In this document: one piece after another, positions 14,483-27,588 of the stretch
Position numbering within the stretch: the first letter of the stretch is position 1
Layout of the letters: each line of letters opens with the position of its first letter
Origin: Eledone cirrhosa
Taxonomy: Eukaryota
NCBI GenBank assembly: GCA_964016885.1
Contig: OZ024744.1
Span: 63,364,001-63,428,000 of the forward strand
Direction: 5' to 3'
Length of the DNA: 64,000 bases
Notes under the pieces: model-generated
Seen by the model: the letters and a program-made list of their open reading frames with translations, nothing else
What the model was told of the DNA's origin: nothing
Database searches by the model: none
Position numbers and translations under genes: made by a program

Positions 14483-15557
14483 GTGTAGATTTAGTATGAA
14501 GTGTGTAGCTGTTATGTGGAGGACATTCAGATGCAAAAGGTTTAGAAGGAATAAATGGAGATATCATCTGGATAATATAATGGAGGTTATTAGTTGGCAG
14601 TAAATAGATCACTGAAGTATAGAAGAAAGAGTGTGTTGTGGTGGGGCATGAAACAGAACCCTCAGTCACATCAAGTGTTGATAGAAAGCAGGTCTGGGAG
14701 AGCTCCATTAGTATATGCTTTGATTACAATCTGACAGGAAGACAAAAGATGGAAGAAGCCTTATAGGTAGTCAGTTTTGACATTCACATCCCAGATATGG
14801 CCAAAAGCTTTTCTAATGTTGAGGGCAACAGTAATATTTTCACTAAATTTCTTGAGATTGAGAGCCACCTGGTGAGTGACATAGTGTCACCGGCATGACA
14901 TTGTCAAGGCTGGCAGCCTTGCTGGTTTGAAATGTTCAGTTATTGTCATAAGTGACATGTGTGTATGGCACTAAGTCCAGATGGAATAGAAAGGAGTAGA
15001 TTTGGAGAAGATTTATACCTAGTCTGTAAACCCCCCCCCCCCCCCCATCCTCCTCTCTCTCTCTCTTGTATGACATATGCACAATGGTTAGAGAGACTGA
15101 TCGAGATTAGTGAACCGGACATTTGTAATATTATGGATTGCCTCCAGGCCATATAGTGTGAGTTAAATGGAAAGTAGGTAGTGACTATAGATGGGTAGTC
15201 CTGCTCTGAGAACCATCATTGTTGAGAAGTTCTGCAAAATTGGCAAAAGACTAAAAGGGACAGCTGCTGTTTGGAAGAAAATAAAGCTTGTGGACTGTGA
15301 AATGTGTTGGGAGTATCCTTCATAATTTAGATGATGATCTTACAAGAGCTGCAATGCCTGGTAAATGCCATCTATTTTGTAGGGATGGGTGGTTTCCTCC
15401 AAGTGTTGTAGGTTATACGTTTTGTCTGAAATGCTGTAAACAAACCATTTGGAACTATGAGTTTTAGTTGTGTCAGGGATTTGGAGTGAGGACATATTTA
15501 CCTTCTCCAGTAAATTTATTTATTTGGTGGAATTTTTGGTCTTTATTGGGGCTGTAA

Positions 15558-15867
15558 CAAGTCGGCTGACTAGTTCCAGTGTCTTCGTTTCTAGGCTAAA
15601 CTATCCTTAGTAGCAAATGTGCTCCAGCCCTGAGCCAGCAGAAATAGCAGCTAGACAGCTAATTGAAAACATTGAAACAATATGAATAACTGAATCAAAT
15701 GAATATTCAATACATGATGTATAATGTATAGTTAAAAAACACCCCTCAAAATTTGAACAACTAAACATAATCTAGCTGCTATATCTGCTGATCAGGGCTG
15801 GAGCACATTTGCTACTAAGGATAGTTTAGCCTAGAAACGAAGACACTATAACTAGTCAGCCGACTTG
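15558..15867. repeat. Inverted repeat, ~97-bp arms, ~115-bp spacer
   Basis: 15558-15655 is the near reverse complement of 15771-15867. Confidence 0.9.
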
Positions 15868-17025
15868 AAGGGACATTTGGTTTGGGATGTGGGGAGGAGG
15901 CATTGAGTAGTATGTGGTTGTGTAGTAAGTAGTTATAAGGTAGAGGTGAATGGCCCCATAGGGACTGAGATGGTGATGGTCTGATTGAGGTTCTGTTTGG
16001 AGGTGAGCTTTAGGCAGGGCAGCATGTAGGGATGAAACAATTTGATGTAGAGAATTGCCGACAATCACAAATAAATATATTCAATCACTATGTTGGCAGT
16101 ATATTGTGTGCATGTGGTTTATTCTGTATCCTTGTATTGAAAAGCATCTAAAAGGGTTGGTATCAGAAAGGGCATCTGGTTGCAAAACATTGCCTCAAAA
16201 AGAACACCTTGATGATTATGAAGCCTGTGTAGGGGCCTGCAAAGCTAAACCCTGCCTTAGGAGGGAAAATGGCTATAAAACACTTGTATATATATATATA
16301 TAATAGACTCTCTGATCGAGTTTGACGTATGAAGGTTCAGCAGTCTTCTCAGTTCATTCTAGTTATGCCTTAAATGACACTTCAGTCTAGCTGCTGATTT
16401 ACGCATTAATCCAGTTTTTGAGAAGATGGCAGGATTTTGAGTGGAACAGGTTGGAAGATATGTGTGTATCGTGATCATCATCGTTTAACATCCATTTTCC
16501 ATGCTTGTGTTATGAGACAATTCAGGTCAGGTGACAACGTCTTGCTCATACAGATCTATATTTTGGCTTGGTTTTTATGGCTAGATTCCTTTCCTAACAC
16601 CAAACATGTTATAGTATGAACTGGGTGCTTTTTATCGTGGCACCAAAACAACCACCTAATGGTGAACTGTGTTTTTTGTCATGCCACCAGCACGCCCACT
16701 TACTGAGTGGACTGGGTGCTTTCTGTCATGTCCCCAGCATGACCATTTTACAAGGTGGACTGGGTTCTTTCTGTCATGTCACCATCGAAGCCATTTCACA
16801 GGGTGAACTGGGTACTTTTCTTTGCTTCACCAGCAGCCCCTTATCTTAATGAATGACTAAAGCACTCAGCCAGTAGGTATATGTATGTACACACACTCAC
16901 ACACTATGTGTATCTGGTTTAGAATAAGTGTAATGTATACCTGTGTGTTGTAAGAAGGCTGTTTAATAATATCTATGGTTACCGGGCTATAGATTATAGA
17001 TATTAGCAGCAATACACTTTTGCCA

Positions 17026-17290
17026 TTGACCTCAGAAGTTCTTCTGCCCAACACAGTGTGACTATCATAGTAACTTACTGACATCCATGGTTGCTAGGTC
17101 TATAAATGGTGGAAATTTGGTGATCTTGACCTCAGAGAGGTTCTTCTGCCCAATATAGTGTGACTGTCATAGTAACTTACTGACATCCATGGTTGCTAGG
17201 TCTATAAATGGTGGAAATTTGGTGATCTTGGTGTTTGACTTCAGTGAGGTTCTTCTGCCCATTATAGTGTGAGTGTTAATGTTGGTCAAT
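17026..17290. repeat. ~100-bp tandem repeat (~2.5 good copies, diverged copies to ~17660)
   Basis: ttgacctcag..ttcttctgccca..catccatggttgctaggtctataaatggtggaaatttggtgatc repeated. Confidence 0.85.
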
Positions 17291-18430
17291 GGATGACTCT
17301 TTCAATAAGATTGCATATCCACCATGCTGTTTCCCAGGGTTCCCCATGTAACCCTAGGCTGGGTGGCTACCTGGGGCTATGGCAGAATGGCTGTTGACCT
17401 GAGAGAGGGTTTCCTTTACAATGGGTGGCTACATGGTTCTATGCCTTACCAATTGACAACATGGCTGTTGGCTTTAGAGAGGTTATTCTAATCATTATAT
17501 TACTGTTTTGTTAGTTTAATAACATCTGTGGTCATCAGGACTATAAATGTTATCAGTAATACACTTTGGGAAGGTCAATGGATGATGGTTGAGATTACGC
17601 ATCCACCATCCTGTTCACATGATTTCACCTGTAACTCTTGGTTGGCTGGTTACCTGGTGCAATGTCCTGCCACATGTCAACCTTTTGTTGGTCAATATTT
17701 GCCACCAACCCCTATATCTAGTAGTTGTTCCTCTACCTATCACACAGGGACCTGTCAGGTAGGAGCTTCTTTTCTCTCTCTCTCTCCTGATCTGATTGGT
17801 AACTTTAGGTATTAATACATATTAGGCATCTGCAATGATTGGATTGGCTGGATGTGTGGTGGATTTGCAGAATCATTAGAGCATGGACAAATGCTGGCAC
17901 TTTATATTATCAACCCTGTAAGGAAGGATGAAAGGCAAAGCTAACCTCGGTGTGTGTGTGTGTGGGGGGGGGGGGGGGGTAGCTTTGCTTTCATTCTTCC
18001 TTATGGGGTCAATAAAATAAAGTACCAGTTACGCACTGGGATTGATTTAATCGACTTTCCCCTCCTCCAAAATTGCAGGCCTTGTTCCTAAATCAGAAGC
18101 TCTTTACATTCTAAGCTTGAATCCCACTAAGTCAACTTTTCCTTTGATCCTTTCAGGGTCAATAACATAAAGTACTAATCATGTACTAGTGTTGGTTGAA
18201 ATTGACTTTCCCCTTCTTCCAAATTGTTGGTCTTGTGTCTAAATTAGAAACCATTACTATAAAAAAAAAAGCCTAAAAAAAAATCACCCATGTGTGAACG
18301 GTGTGAACTTCAGCTGTGTTTTTTTTAACATTGGATACCAACCTGTAATTAGGCAAACTTTTTACCTAATACTTCATTTTTGTATTTGTTTTGCAAGATT
18401 CTTGATGTCAAATCATTTGTTGAAACAGAT

Positions 18431-18846
18431 ATTGTTATACTTTGGAAGGGTCATGCTGTCAATAAAAACACATGCACTAGTTGAGTTTCACTTCAGTTTA
18501 TTGTTGGTTAAGTAACTAATCCACTCCTTGGATAATTTAATTACCAAGCGGTTGTTTAAATTGTTAATTGTCACGTTAATTATCAAAACACTTTCATCAC
18601 ATTCTGTGACCTTCTCAATGGCTAATCTTGCTCATCTCTGTCTCTTCGTGCAAGAATAGTCATTGAGAAGGTCACAGGATATGTGACAAAAGACTTTGGC
18701 AATTAACAATTATATAACCGTCTGGTTACTAAACTAACTGATCAATGGATTAGTTACTTAGCTAGCAATAAGCTGAAGTGAAACTCAACTGGTGTGTGTG
18801 TGTGTGTGTGTTTATTGGTAATATGATCCTTGCAAAGTATAACAAT
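18431..18846. repeat. Diverged ~200-bp-arm palindrome
   Basis: ttgagtttcacttcag/ctgaagtgaaactcaa, taagtaactaatcca/tggattagttactta, tgtgaccttctcaatg/cattgagaaggtcaca pairs. Confidence 0.85.
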
Positions 18847-20716
18847 TTACCTAATATTTTGTGCTGAAATGTAGTGCTTGGAAGGGTCTTGAGCCATCAA
18901 ATATGTTAATTCTTGTAATTTCACTCATTTTATTGAAGAGAAAGGTTAGTTTTAAATATAAGGTCACCGTGACCTATTAAAATAATATTAAAAGAATATT
19001 GTTTTGTTAAAAGAAAAAAAATAAAGAAAGAAATCAGATTTTTTTTTCTTCTAAGTTGAAATACAAAATTAATTAATTAAAAAAATTGTTAAAATTTCTG
19101 AAATAAAATATATTTGAAGTTAAGTAAGTATTGGAAACAAAAACTGCATAAAAACAACCCAACAAATCTTTCTTTATGGCTCATGAACTTATCTTAACCA
19201 TCATCATCGTTTTTTTACATTCATCTTTTTCCATGCTATCATTGGATGGTTGACACCTTTTGAGGCAGATTTCTATGACTGGATGCCCATTTTTATGCCA
19301 ACTTAGTTTTTTTTCTTTTTTTTTTGGAAAGTATGGTATTTCTTCCGCTAACCTTCATACGTACTACCAACAGCAAAACAATTTTTGGAGCACATAAACA
19401 AATGTCACTGCTCTAATTGGGGAAATGGGATGGTAAAAATGTATGTAATTTCATATCTTTATGGAAAGGGGATAGTAAAAGTGTATGAGATAGAAAGAGG
19501 GTAGCAATGTTGATGGCAGTTGCAGCAAACACTGAAATTGTTTAATTTTGAGTCTTTCTAGAAAGAGGATGGTAATTATATGCACGCAAGAAACAAAAAG
19601 AATGGTGACTGCTGTGACAGGTGTACTTTGATGAAAATTTTCTTTTAAACTTTACAAAAAATATATCTTCAAATTGTGTAGGTGTCACGACAAAAAAGCG
19701 CTCAGTCCACACTGTAAAGTGGTCATGTTGGCGGCATGACAAAAAGTGCCCAGCCCACACTGTAAAGTGGTCATGTAGGTGTCACGACAAAAAGCTTCCA
19801 GTACTCACTGTAAATATGGTTGGTGTTAGGAAGGGAATCCAGCCATAGAAACCAAGCCAAAATCAGTGCTGTGTGAGTAGAACATGGTACTCCGACACCT
19901 GCTCTCACAAAGGGACAGCCTGTCCTACCTATGCTAGCATGGAAAATGGACGTTAAATGATGATGATAATATATTCCATTTTGAGAGTTTCAGTCATTTA
20001 AATTTGATTCAAATGTAATCAGCAGTGACTGCTATGGCAGATGTGATGTGGTCAAAATTTTCTATTAAACTTTCACTTTACAAAAAAAATATTTATCTTC
20101 AAATATAAACAAGTAATATATTCCATTTTAAGAGTTTCAGTCATTTGTTAAATTTGATTCAAATATAATTAAGTACTGTATACATTGTTTGTCGTTTCAA
20201 CAGATTGAGTGATCATGATAAATTGATAGTAGTGTGACTTCATATTATTAGTCCTGATACTATAGACCCATTTCACCGTCTTCTTAAAAATATTATATCA
20301 CAAACACACCGGAGAGTATAGAAAGATATATCATATTACATGCCATAGGAATAAACAATGCTAAGTGTGTTTTGATTTTCACAAAATTCTGTTTATATAT
20401 ATAATTCAAAAGTAAAAGCTATGTATATATATATATGTGAGAGAGAGATCCAAGAGAATATACAATATATTGTATGTATACAAAGCACATACTTCAAAGA
20501 AAAATATGTCCTCTAGATGGAAACAATAAAGTCATATTTAATGTTTTGATACCTCATCTTTGTGTGTGTATGTATGTGTATATATAAAACCTATAACTAA
20601 AACACTTAATACCATATTGATCTTTAATACTTGATGGTTGTTTCTAATTAGACCATAGAATCCCCATGGAGTCAGCTAGTTGATAATATTGTATTGTTTT
20701 TTTTCTTTTATTTCAG

Positions 20717-20845
20717 TCACTTGCTAGGTTGAAAGATGATTTAACAACCCTTAGTCGGAATAATGGATCTTCTCCAGATTTATCGACACTTTCTATACCT
20801 CAGGAGAAAGCCACCACAGCATCTCAGACAGACATAAGTTGGGAG
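20717..20845 (+). CDS. kibra: KIBRA/WWC exon d
   Basis: tttcag|..|gtaagt; SLARLKDD..TASQTDISWE; phase 0-0. Confidence 0.93.
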
Positions 20846-21005
20846 GTAAGTATTTTAACTAATTTGTTGTTGGTTTATTTATATTTTATTAAAATTCTAG
20901 GAATTAAAAAAAGAAATTCATTTCTAGAAAGTTTGAGATTGAGGTAAAATATATAAATTATTATAAATAAATCTAATCTATTTTTAGAAACATTGAGCAG
21001 ATATG

Positions 21006-21216
21006 TATTTTATTGAAATTAACTTAGATTTGGAAGCTTCAGCACACATCTTTTACTTAGAAAAATTCTAACAAAATTAGGTGTAAAAGCCTCTGGAGAT
21101 ATTGTCCACTTTTTTTCATCTCCAGGGACTTTTACATCCAATTTGTTGGAGTATTTTCATAGTAAAAAAAAATACGTGTTGAAGCTTCTGACTCTAAAGT
21201 TAATTTCAATAAAATA
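21006..21216. repeat. Diverged foldback palindrome (MITE-like)
   Basis: tattttattgaaattaactt/aagttaatttcaataaaata ends; inner tgtaaaag..ctggagat/atctccag..cttttaca. Confidence 0.75.
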
Positions 21217-21366
21217 AATAAATATATTTTTGTTACTTGTGCCACATAGCTGTGACTCTTTATAACCCAATTTTTTTGCAGGAATAAAAGTTCATTTAAA
21301 ACTTATTCATCTATTAAAATAGTAAGTTAGGTCCTTTATAGTTATCATTTCATTAACATATCCTCC

Positions 21367-21432
<66 letters not shown>

Positions 21433-21817
21433 GTATCATCATATTAAATCCATCTGATGATGATGATGATGATTATACACACACTCACAAACGCGCACAT
21501 ACACAAATGTGCATATGTATACATACATGTGTATTTGTGTGTATGCATAAATATATATTTAAATCCCTTCCTATTTTTCTTTTATCTCTCCCTCCTCACT
21601 TCTTTCTATGTCTCCATCCATTACTGTTTTTTCTTGTCATTCTCCGTCCCTCTCAAACTCACACTCACACACACATAAATGCACACGCACATAGACATAC
21701 ACATACACACATGTGCACACACACACTCACACATTCACACATACTTTGTCTGTATTTTAACATGCAATGATGTATTTTATGAATTTATTTTTCATTTGCT
21801 TAAAAAAATAAAATCAG

Positions 21818-21969
21818 CTTGGTTTGTCAACGGACAACAAACTTGCAGAACAAACTCAAATACAGCTTCAGTTTGATGAATTAAAGAAGAACTTTTCCAA
21901 TTTAAAGATGCAATTAGTAAAAGCTCAGTCTCAACTGGTGCCTGGACAAAAGGAATCTGATAAAGATAG
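21818..21969 (+). CDS. kibra: KIBRA/WWC exon e
   Basis: aatcag|..|gtaatt; LGLSTDNKLAEQTQIQLQFDE..VPGQKESDKDR; phase 0-2. Confidence 0.88.
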
Positions 21970-22369
21970 GTAATTAGTTTGCTTTCTGCATAATTTTTTT
22001 TTTTTTTTTTTAAATGTAAAATCATTTTCACATCAACATTTATTTTATTTTTATTGTGAATTGTGTGTTAAACATTCTTTCTTTTATCCTTTTACTGGTT
22101 TCAGTCATCAGGTCATTAGACTGCAGCTATGCTGAATCTGAATAAAATATTTTCTAACATTAGATACCAGTGAACTGCTTCTCCCCTCCCATCGTTAAAG
22201 CATCTATGGCTCTTTATGTTTTGAGTTCAAATCCCAAAGTCAACTTTAGTTTTCTTCCATTTGGGTGTTGATAAAATAAAGTACCAGTGGAATACTAGGA
22301 TATAATCACCAGTTCCATTTCTCTAAATTTGGACCCTTAAACCTTTATAAGAAATCATTATTAGGATTG

Positions 22370-22560
22370 GATTGGATTGGCAGTATCGGTAGAGAGTCGG
22401 ACACCATGCTTTGAAGCATAGAGTTACATCCCTTTATGATCTGAGTTCAAATCCCGCCGAGGTTAACTTTGCTTTTCATCCTTACGGGGTCGATAAAATA
22501 AAGTACCAGTAATGTACTGGGTAATTGCTGGCCATGTGCCTAAAGTAGAAACAATTATTA
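22370..22560 (+). mobile_element. Abundant SINE family (representative; others near 4150, 7800, 13800, 18000, 43250, 63580)
   Basis: B-box GAGTTCAAATCC followed by gccgaggttaactttgc.tttcatccttacggggtcgataaaataaagtaccag core; (TTA)n tail. Confidence 0.75.
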
Positions 22561-23539
22561 GGATTATCTGTACATAAGGCAAAATTATTAGAGCATTGAG
22601 TTCAAATCCCACCATGGTCAATTTTGCATTTCACTTTTCAGGGTTGATAAAATAAAGTAGCAGTCAACTACTGAGGTTGATATAATCGACTGTTACCTTC
22701 CCCATCAAAAAGTTCTATTTTAGAAATTATTTTTTGGATGAAATGCTTCCAGACCACACTGTAAAGTGGTGGTGCTAGTGCCATGATAAAATGCACTCAG
22801 CTAAATCTGTAAAGTGGTAGTGCAGGTTCTATGATAAAATGTACTCAGCTCACACTGTAAAGCAGTCGTGTTGGTCGTACAGTAAGAAAGTACCTGGTCC
22901 ACTCTAACAGGTGGTAGTGGCAATGCGATGATAAAACACAGCCAATACATGCTGTGAAGTGGTTTGCATTTGGAAAGGCATAGAAAACATGCCAGAAATG
23001 GAACGTATCTTAGAATGTGACAACCTGTTTAGCCTATGCAAGCTTGGAAAATATGTGCATTTATTGGTAAGATTTCCTTGATAAGAAGCTTTATTAATAA
23101 ATTCATGGATTTAACAGTTGTCCTGTCACTGTTGACTTTCATTTGATAAAAATAAGTACCAGTTATGTAATGGGGGGGGGTTAATTCAAATGAGTTCACC
23201 CATAACATACTGCAAATTTCTAGTCTCTGTGCCTTGTGCGCACAGAACCGTTAAAAGGTCATTTCATTTGAATGTGGCCATGTTAGGGCATTGCTTTCCA
23301 GGATGTAGTTAACATTATTTACTGAGTTCAAATCCTGTTGATGTTAGTTATTCTTTTGTTCTTTTATTTATGGTTTCAATTAATGGGCTGTAACCATGCT
23401 GAGGCACTGCATTGAAGGGTCCCCTCTCTCTCCCCATATTTGGTACTAATTTTATTGATCTCTATTTGTTGAATTACTAAGTTATGAGACAAATACAGAT
23501 ACACACACACTCATACACATATATGCTTTCTTCCACAGT

Positions 23540-24040
23540 TTCTTCTTCTTTGCCCACTTATTCCTGGAAGGGTTGTAGGGGCAGAGCCCTCAAACATTCC
23601 TTCCAGCGGGTCCTATCAGAAGTAACCGTCTCCAACTGATTTGGCTGGATCCCCAAGTGAGACTAGCCAAGCTCATGGATGTTATCCAACCATCTTGCTC
23701 GGTATCTAACTTTGGGTCTCCTGCTGATTTGTTTTGCCCTTAAAACCTGTCCAACAATTCTTTCCTGAGATATTCTAACCACATATCTGTAATGTTGGAG
23801 CTATGATCTCTCAATTCAGAGAAGTAGAACCTCTACTTGGAGTCACTCCCTCACCTCTGAGTTATGCACTCTATTGAGTAACATTACTCCAAAGGCCCTT
23901 CGGAGGAACCTTATTTTGGTTGCTTGTATTCATGGTCATATTCTTTTAGTCATTATTCAAGATTCATAACCATAGGTAAGGGTTGGCAGGAATACTGAAT
24001 TGAAGATATCGAGTTTGGCTTTTACACCTACCTCCCTTCT
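23540..24040 (-). mobile_element. Second RTE-type LINE family 3' fragment (related pieces ~50820-51140, ~56135-56490)
   Basis: Shared cagag.cctcaaaca.tccttccagc.ggtcct tail region; rc resembles the RT C-terminus (..RSQL.YYG..RM). Confidence 0.6.
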
Positions 24041-24642
24041 TCTTTTCCCATAGTTTCTGTCTACCAAATTCCACTCACAAGGAATCATTGAATCTGAGGC
24101 TATAATAAAAGGTGCCAGATTTGAAAATAAATATTTAGGGGGATATGATTGACAAAAAAGTTGAAGGTGGTGCTCTTTATGGATTCAGTCTAATGACTAA
24201 AACCAGTTAAAGAATATTAGAGTAAAAGAATATCATTCAATATTAAAACTGATTCTCTTTATTCACTCTGGTAATATGAAGAAATAGTTTAAAATTGCAA
24301 TTATATCATAAAAGTTGTTTTAGCAAACATTAACACACCACCATCCCACCACCCCAAAATCTACATAAACTGTTAAGAAGTTCACTTTACATTTATTATT
24401 AATTGGTCACTGGCATGGTGTTTTAACTTTTAATGTCTTGCAATAATTTTGCTGAAAATATCTAGAAACAGATTTGATAATTCAAATGTTTATAGTATCT
24501 TTATTAGTTTGGAAAATTTGCAGTAATTACAGACTTGAATTTTTAATGTGATGTAGTCAATAGTACTTGTTTTGTGTCTCTCAACAATATCTTGCTAATG
24601 TGGTTTCAATTTTAAGAGTAAAAATTGTTTTTCTCACTTCAG

Positions 24643-24807
24643 GTTATTGTTGTTAAAAGAAAAAGAGCAACTACTTCGAGAATTAAAGAGTATAGATGAC
24701 AAAGGACGTAGTGAACATGAATTAACATCAATAAAATCAAGAATTACACAATTGGAGAGAGATATTTGTCTTGCAGTTGGAAGTTCTGATAAATCAATCA
24801 GTGACAG
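24643..24807 (+). CDS. kibra: KIBRA/WWC exon f
   Basis: cttcag|..|gtaata; LLLLKEKEQLLRELKSID..; phase 2-2. Confidence 0.92.
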
Positions 24808-24855
24808 GTAATAAAGCTTTTGTCAGTTAGTGGTTAAGTCCTTCTTGTTGTTTAA

Positions 24856-25050
24856 CCCTTTAGCATTTAAACCAGCCATATCCAGCCAGAATTTTCTCAC
24901 CTCCTTCTGTTCAAACCAGCTGTAACCAGTTGCTCATACTGATGTTAAGGTATTGTTCTCAAAATAATTTTGAAATCTTATAGATTCGATATGTGAGATA
25001 ATTATGTGAAAATACAATAGTAAATATAGAGTAATGTAAATGCTAAAGGG
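24856..25050. mobile_element. piggyBac-type MITE, intact copy (others ~10225, 11040, 11245, 46454/49576, 50475, 63200)
   Basis: TTAA|CCCTTTAGCATTTA ... TAAATGCTAAAGGG|TTAA: 14-bp TIR and TTAA TSD. Confidence 0.9.
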
Positions 25051-25247
25051 TTAACCCTAGTTCAGACATTATTAAGCCATCATTCTAGATGTAACTATCA
25101 CATAGTGTTTTTTATTTATTTATTTTATTTTATATTCAAGCCTGCAATTTTAACAGTCAGTTTAGAGTTGTATACAAAACCAGTTAAATTTGCTATCAAT
25201 TTTGTTTTGATATAGTAAATATTTTATTTAAAATATTATTATTTTAG

Positions 25248-25337
25248 ATTGAAGCTTGAAGATCACAAAGCAAAGATTATCCAACAATTGCGGAATACCT
25301 CAAAATTTATGACTGTTTTGGAGTCACAGTTGAAAAG
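25248..25337 (+). CDS. kibra: KIBRA/WWC exon g
   Basis: ttttag|..|gttcgt; RLKLEDHKAKIIQQL..LESQLKS; phase 2-2. Confidence 0.92.
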
Positions 25338-26469
25338 GTTCGTTCAAATAAATCTACTATTATGATTTTCATGATCATCATCACTAAATGTCCATTTTCT
25401 CTGCTAGCATAGCTTGGATGGTTCGTCAGAAAAATCTAGCACTCAAGCAGAACCACTGACCTTTTGGAAGGACGGGAGACTTGCATTTCACTTACCACTT
25501 ACATGCACTCCTAAGCTCTACAGAGTGCATTTCATTATGACATCAGTACCAGGGAGGTTGTCATGTCTTTGACACAGCTGCAGAGCCCTCCTGATACGAT
25601 TTATGTTAATATTTGTATATACAAAACTTTTTAATAATGTCATTTGTATTTCTTGTAACCCTTTTATTACCATATTTCTAATGAAAGACACTGCCTGTTT
25701 TTCAAATAATTTTGAAAATAATGAAGAATTTTTTAGGGAATTGGTGGTATAACTAACTTTCATGTGTTTGGAACATAACTTAACAAAGGTTCTTACATAA
25801 CATTTTGGAAGAGTTTTAGATAGATATAAAGACTTTAATATAAACTTCTTTTTTTTTTACCATAGAACCAGGGGTGATGGTATAAGGTGGGTTATCATGA
25901 AAAAGGTCAATACGAGTTTAATAAGTTCAGTTGCTGTGAGGAGTGAAACAATCTAACATTTTCTACTTTCACTATTCCAATTCTAGCTTCTCCCCACCAC
26001 CATTGTTTACCCTCTCATACTACACTCTCTCAGTTCCACACATCATTCCTCTACTTATATTTCATTATTTTACATCCTGTCGAGGTTCACTCTGCCTTTC
26101 ATCCTTACTGGGTCGATAAAATAAAGTACCAGTAATGAACTGGGTAATTGCTGGCCTTGTGCCAAAAGTAGAAACACACACATTTATATATATATACTTT
26201 ACTTTTTTCTGTCTCTGGACTATGCCCACGCTGGAGCATCACCTTGGTAAGTTATGGGACGTCAACAAACCAACAAGCATTGGTGGGAGGGCAAACACAA
26301 ACGCAAAGACACACAGACATATATAAATATATATACGACGGGCTTCTTTTAGTTTCGGTCTATGAAATCTACTCAGGACTTTGGTCGGCCCGAGCAGTGG
26401 GACTGAACCCGGAATCATGTGGTTGGAAAGCAAGCTTCTTGTCACAATGCGCATATATATATATATATA

Positions 26470-27080
26470 TATCTTGGTTGTCCATCATAAACGATGATGA
26501 CATCTTTATTTTAGTTCCCGTCTACCGTGGTGCACGACGGTGGCTGTGGAAGTCGATCCTTCATTGCCGCAGGCTTGCTTTGGAAGTGCACGCTAAAGAA
26601 GAAACCTGTGCGGGAAAGGTCTATAGTGGGAGGGCCAGTGCACAGGGACGGTCCCACTCACTCGGCCGCAGAAGCCAGAATCCGGTGGTACGGAGGACCG
26701 TCACGACCAGGGACTTCCTTGGCTGCAGTGGATGGCCATGACGTCTGTACTGCCTTGCCGTGCCCTAGCACTCCACACCACTTGCTGTCACCACCTTGGT
26801 GACCATTGGGACAATGTTGTCCTCCTCCACTCCGCAGGGTCCAGTCTTCACATGCAGGGGCAGGCATCCCCTATCTAACTCACTGAGGGTTTCAGACCCG
26901 TCCGGCTACCCTCAACCTGGTTCGGCCCACCAGCCAAGGTGGTTTACCGGGGTGTGGCCACTGTCACATGTTACAGCTTCTTGGGGCCACAGGTGAGAGC
27001 TGAGTGTCAGGTGGGACCCAATGCAGGACGAACTGTCCTGAAAAGGGCATGGCTAGCCTCCCCACAGAGGTACCCCAGGC
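26470..27080 (-). mobile_element. GC-rich non-coding retroelement, probably RTE 5'UTR-derived
   Basis: Sharp GC/CpG-rich island between (TA)/(CA) microsatellites; no credible ORF; family assignment from recall only. Confidence 0.45.
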
Positions 27081-27224
27081 ATACACACACATATATACAT
27101 ACACATACATATGTACGTGTGTATATACATACTACGTCCATGATGGAGCATCACCTTGGTAAGTTATGGGACGTCAACAAGCATTGGTGGGAGGGCAAAC
27201 ACAAACGCAAAGTCACACACAGAC

Positions 27225-27588
27225 ATCATCATTCATTTCATTTTACGTCCACTTTTTCCCTGCTTGCAAGGGTGGGACGGGAACTGATTCTGGCTTGATT
27301 TCTACAGCTGGATGCCCTTCCTAACACCAACCTCATTTACAGTGAGTGCTGGGTGCTTTTTTGCCGTGGCGCCTCCACGACCACTTTGCAGTGTGGGCTG
27401 GGTGCTTTTTTGCCGTGGCACCTCCAGGGACCCCAGTCTTATCATCTCATTTCTACAGCTGAGTAAACTGGAGCAATGTGAAATAAAGTGTCTTGCTCAA
27501 GGAAACAACACATCACCCGGTCTGAGAACTGAACTCACAACCTTTCGATTGCAAGGCCAATGCTCTAACCACTAAGCTATGTGCCTCC
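27225..27588 (-). mobile_element. Full-length tRNA-headed SINE with RTE-derived 3' tail
   Basis: rc: A-box TAGCTTAGTGG, B-box-like GAGTTCAGTTC, CORE-like ccttgagcaagacact..ctgtagaaatg, repeat modules, tail matching the LINE end at ~46560. Confidence 0.8.

Noticed and set aside
14700-15550. Possible decayed Penelope coding region next to the 15558 inverted repeat
   Set aside because: Only vague motif resemblance by eye; not supportable without a translated search
26244-27298. Overlapping 66-165 aa ORFs
   Set aside because: By-product of high GC content and microsatellites; no recognisable domain or splice context
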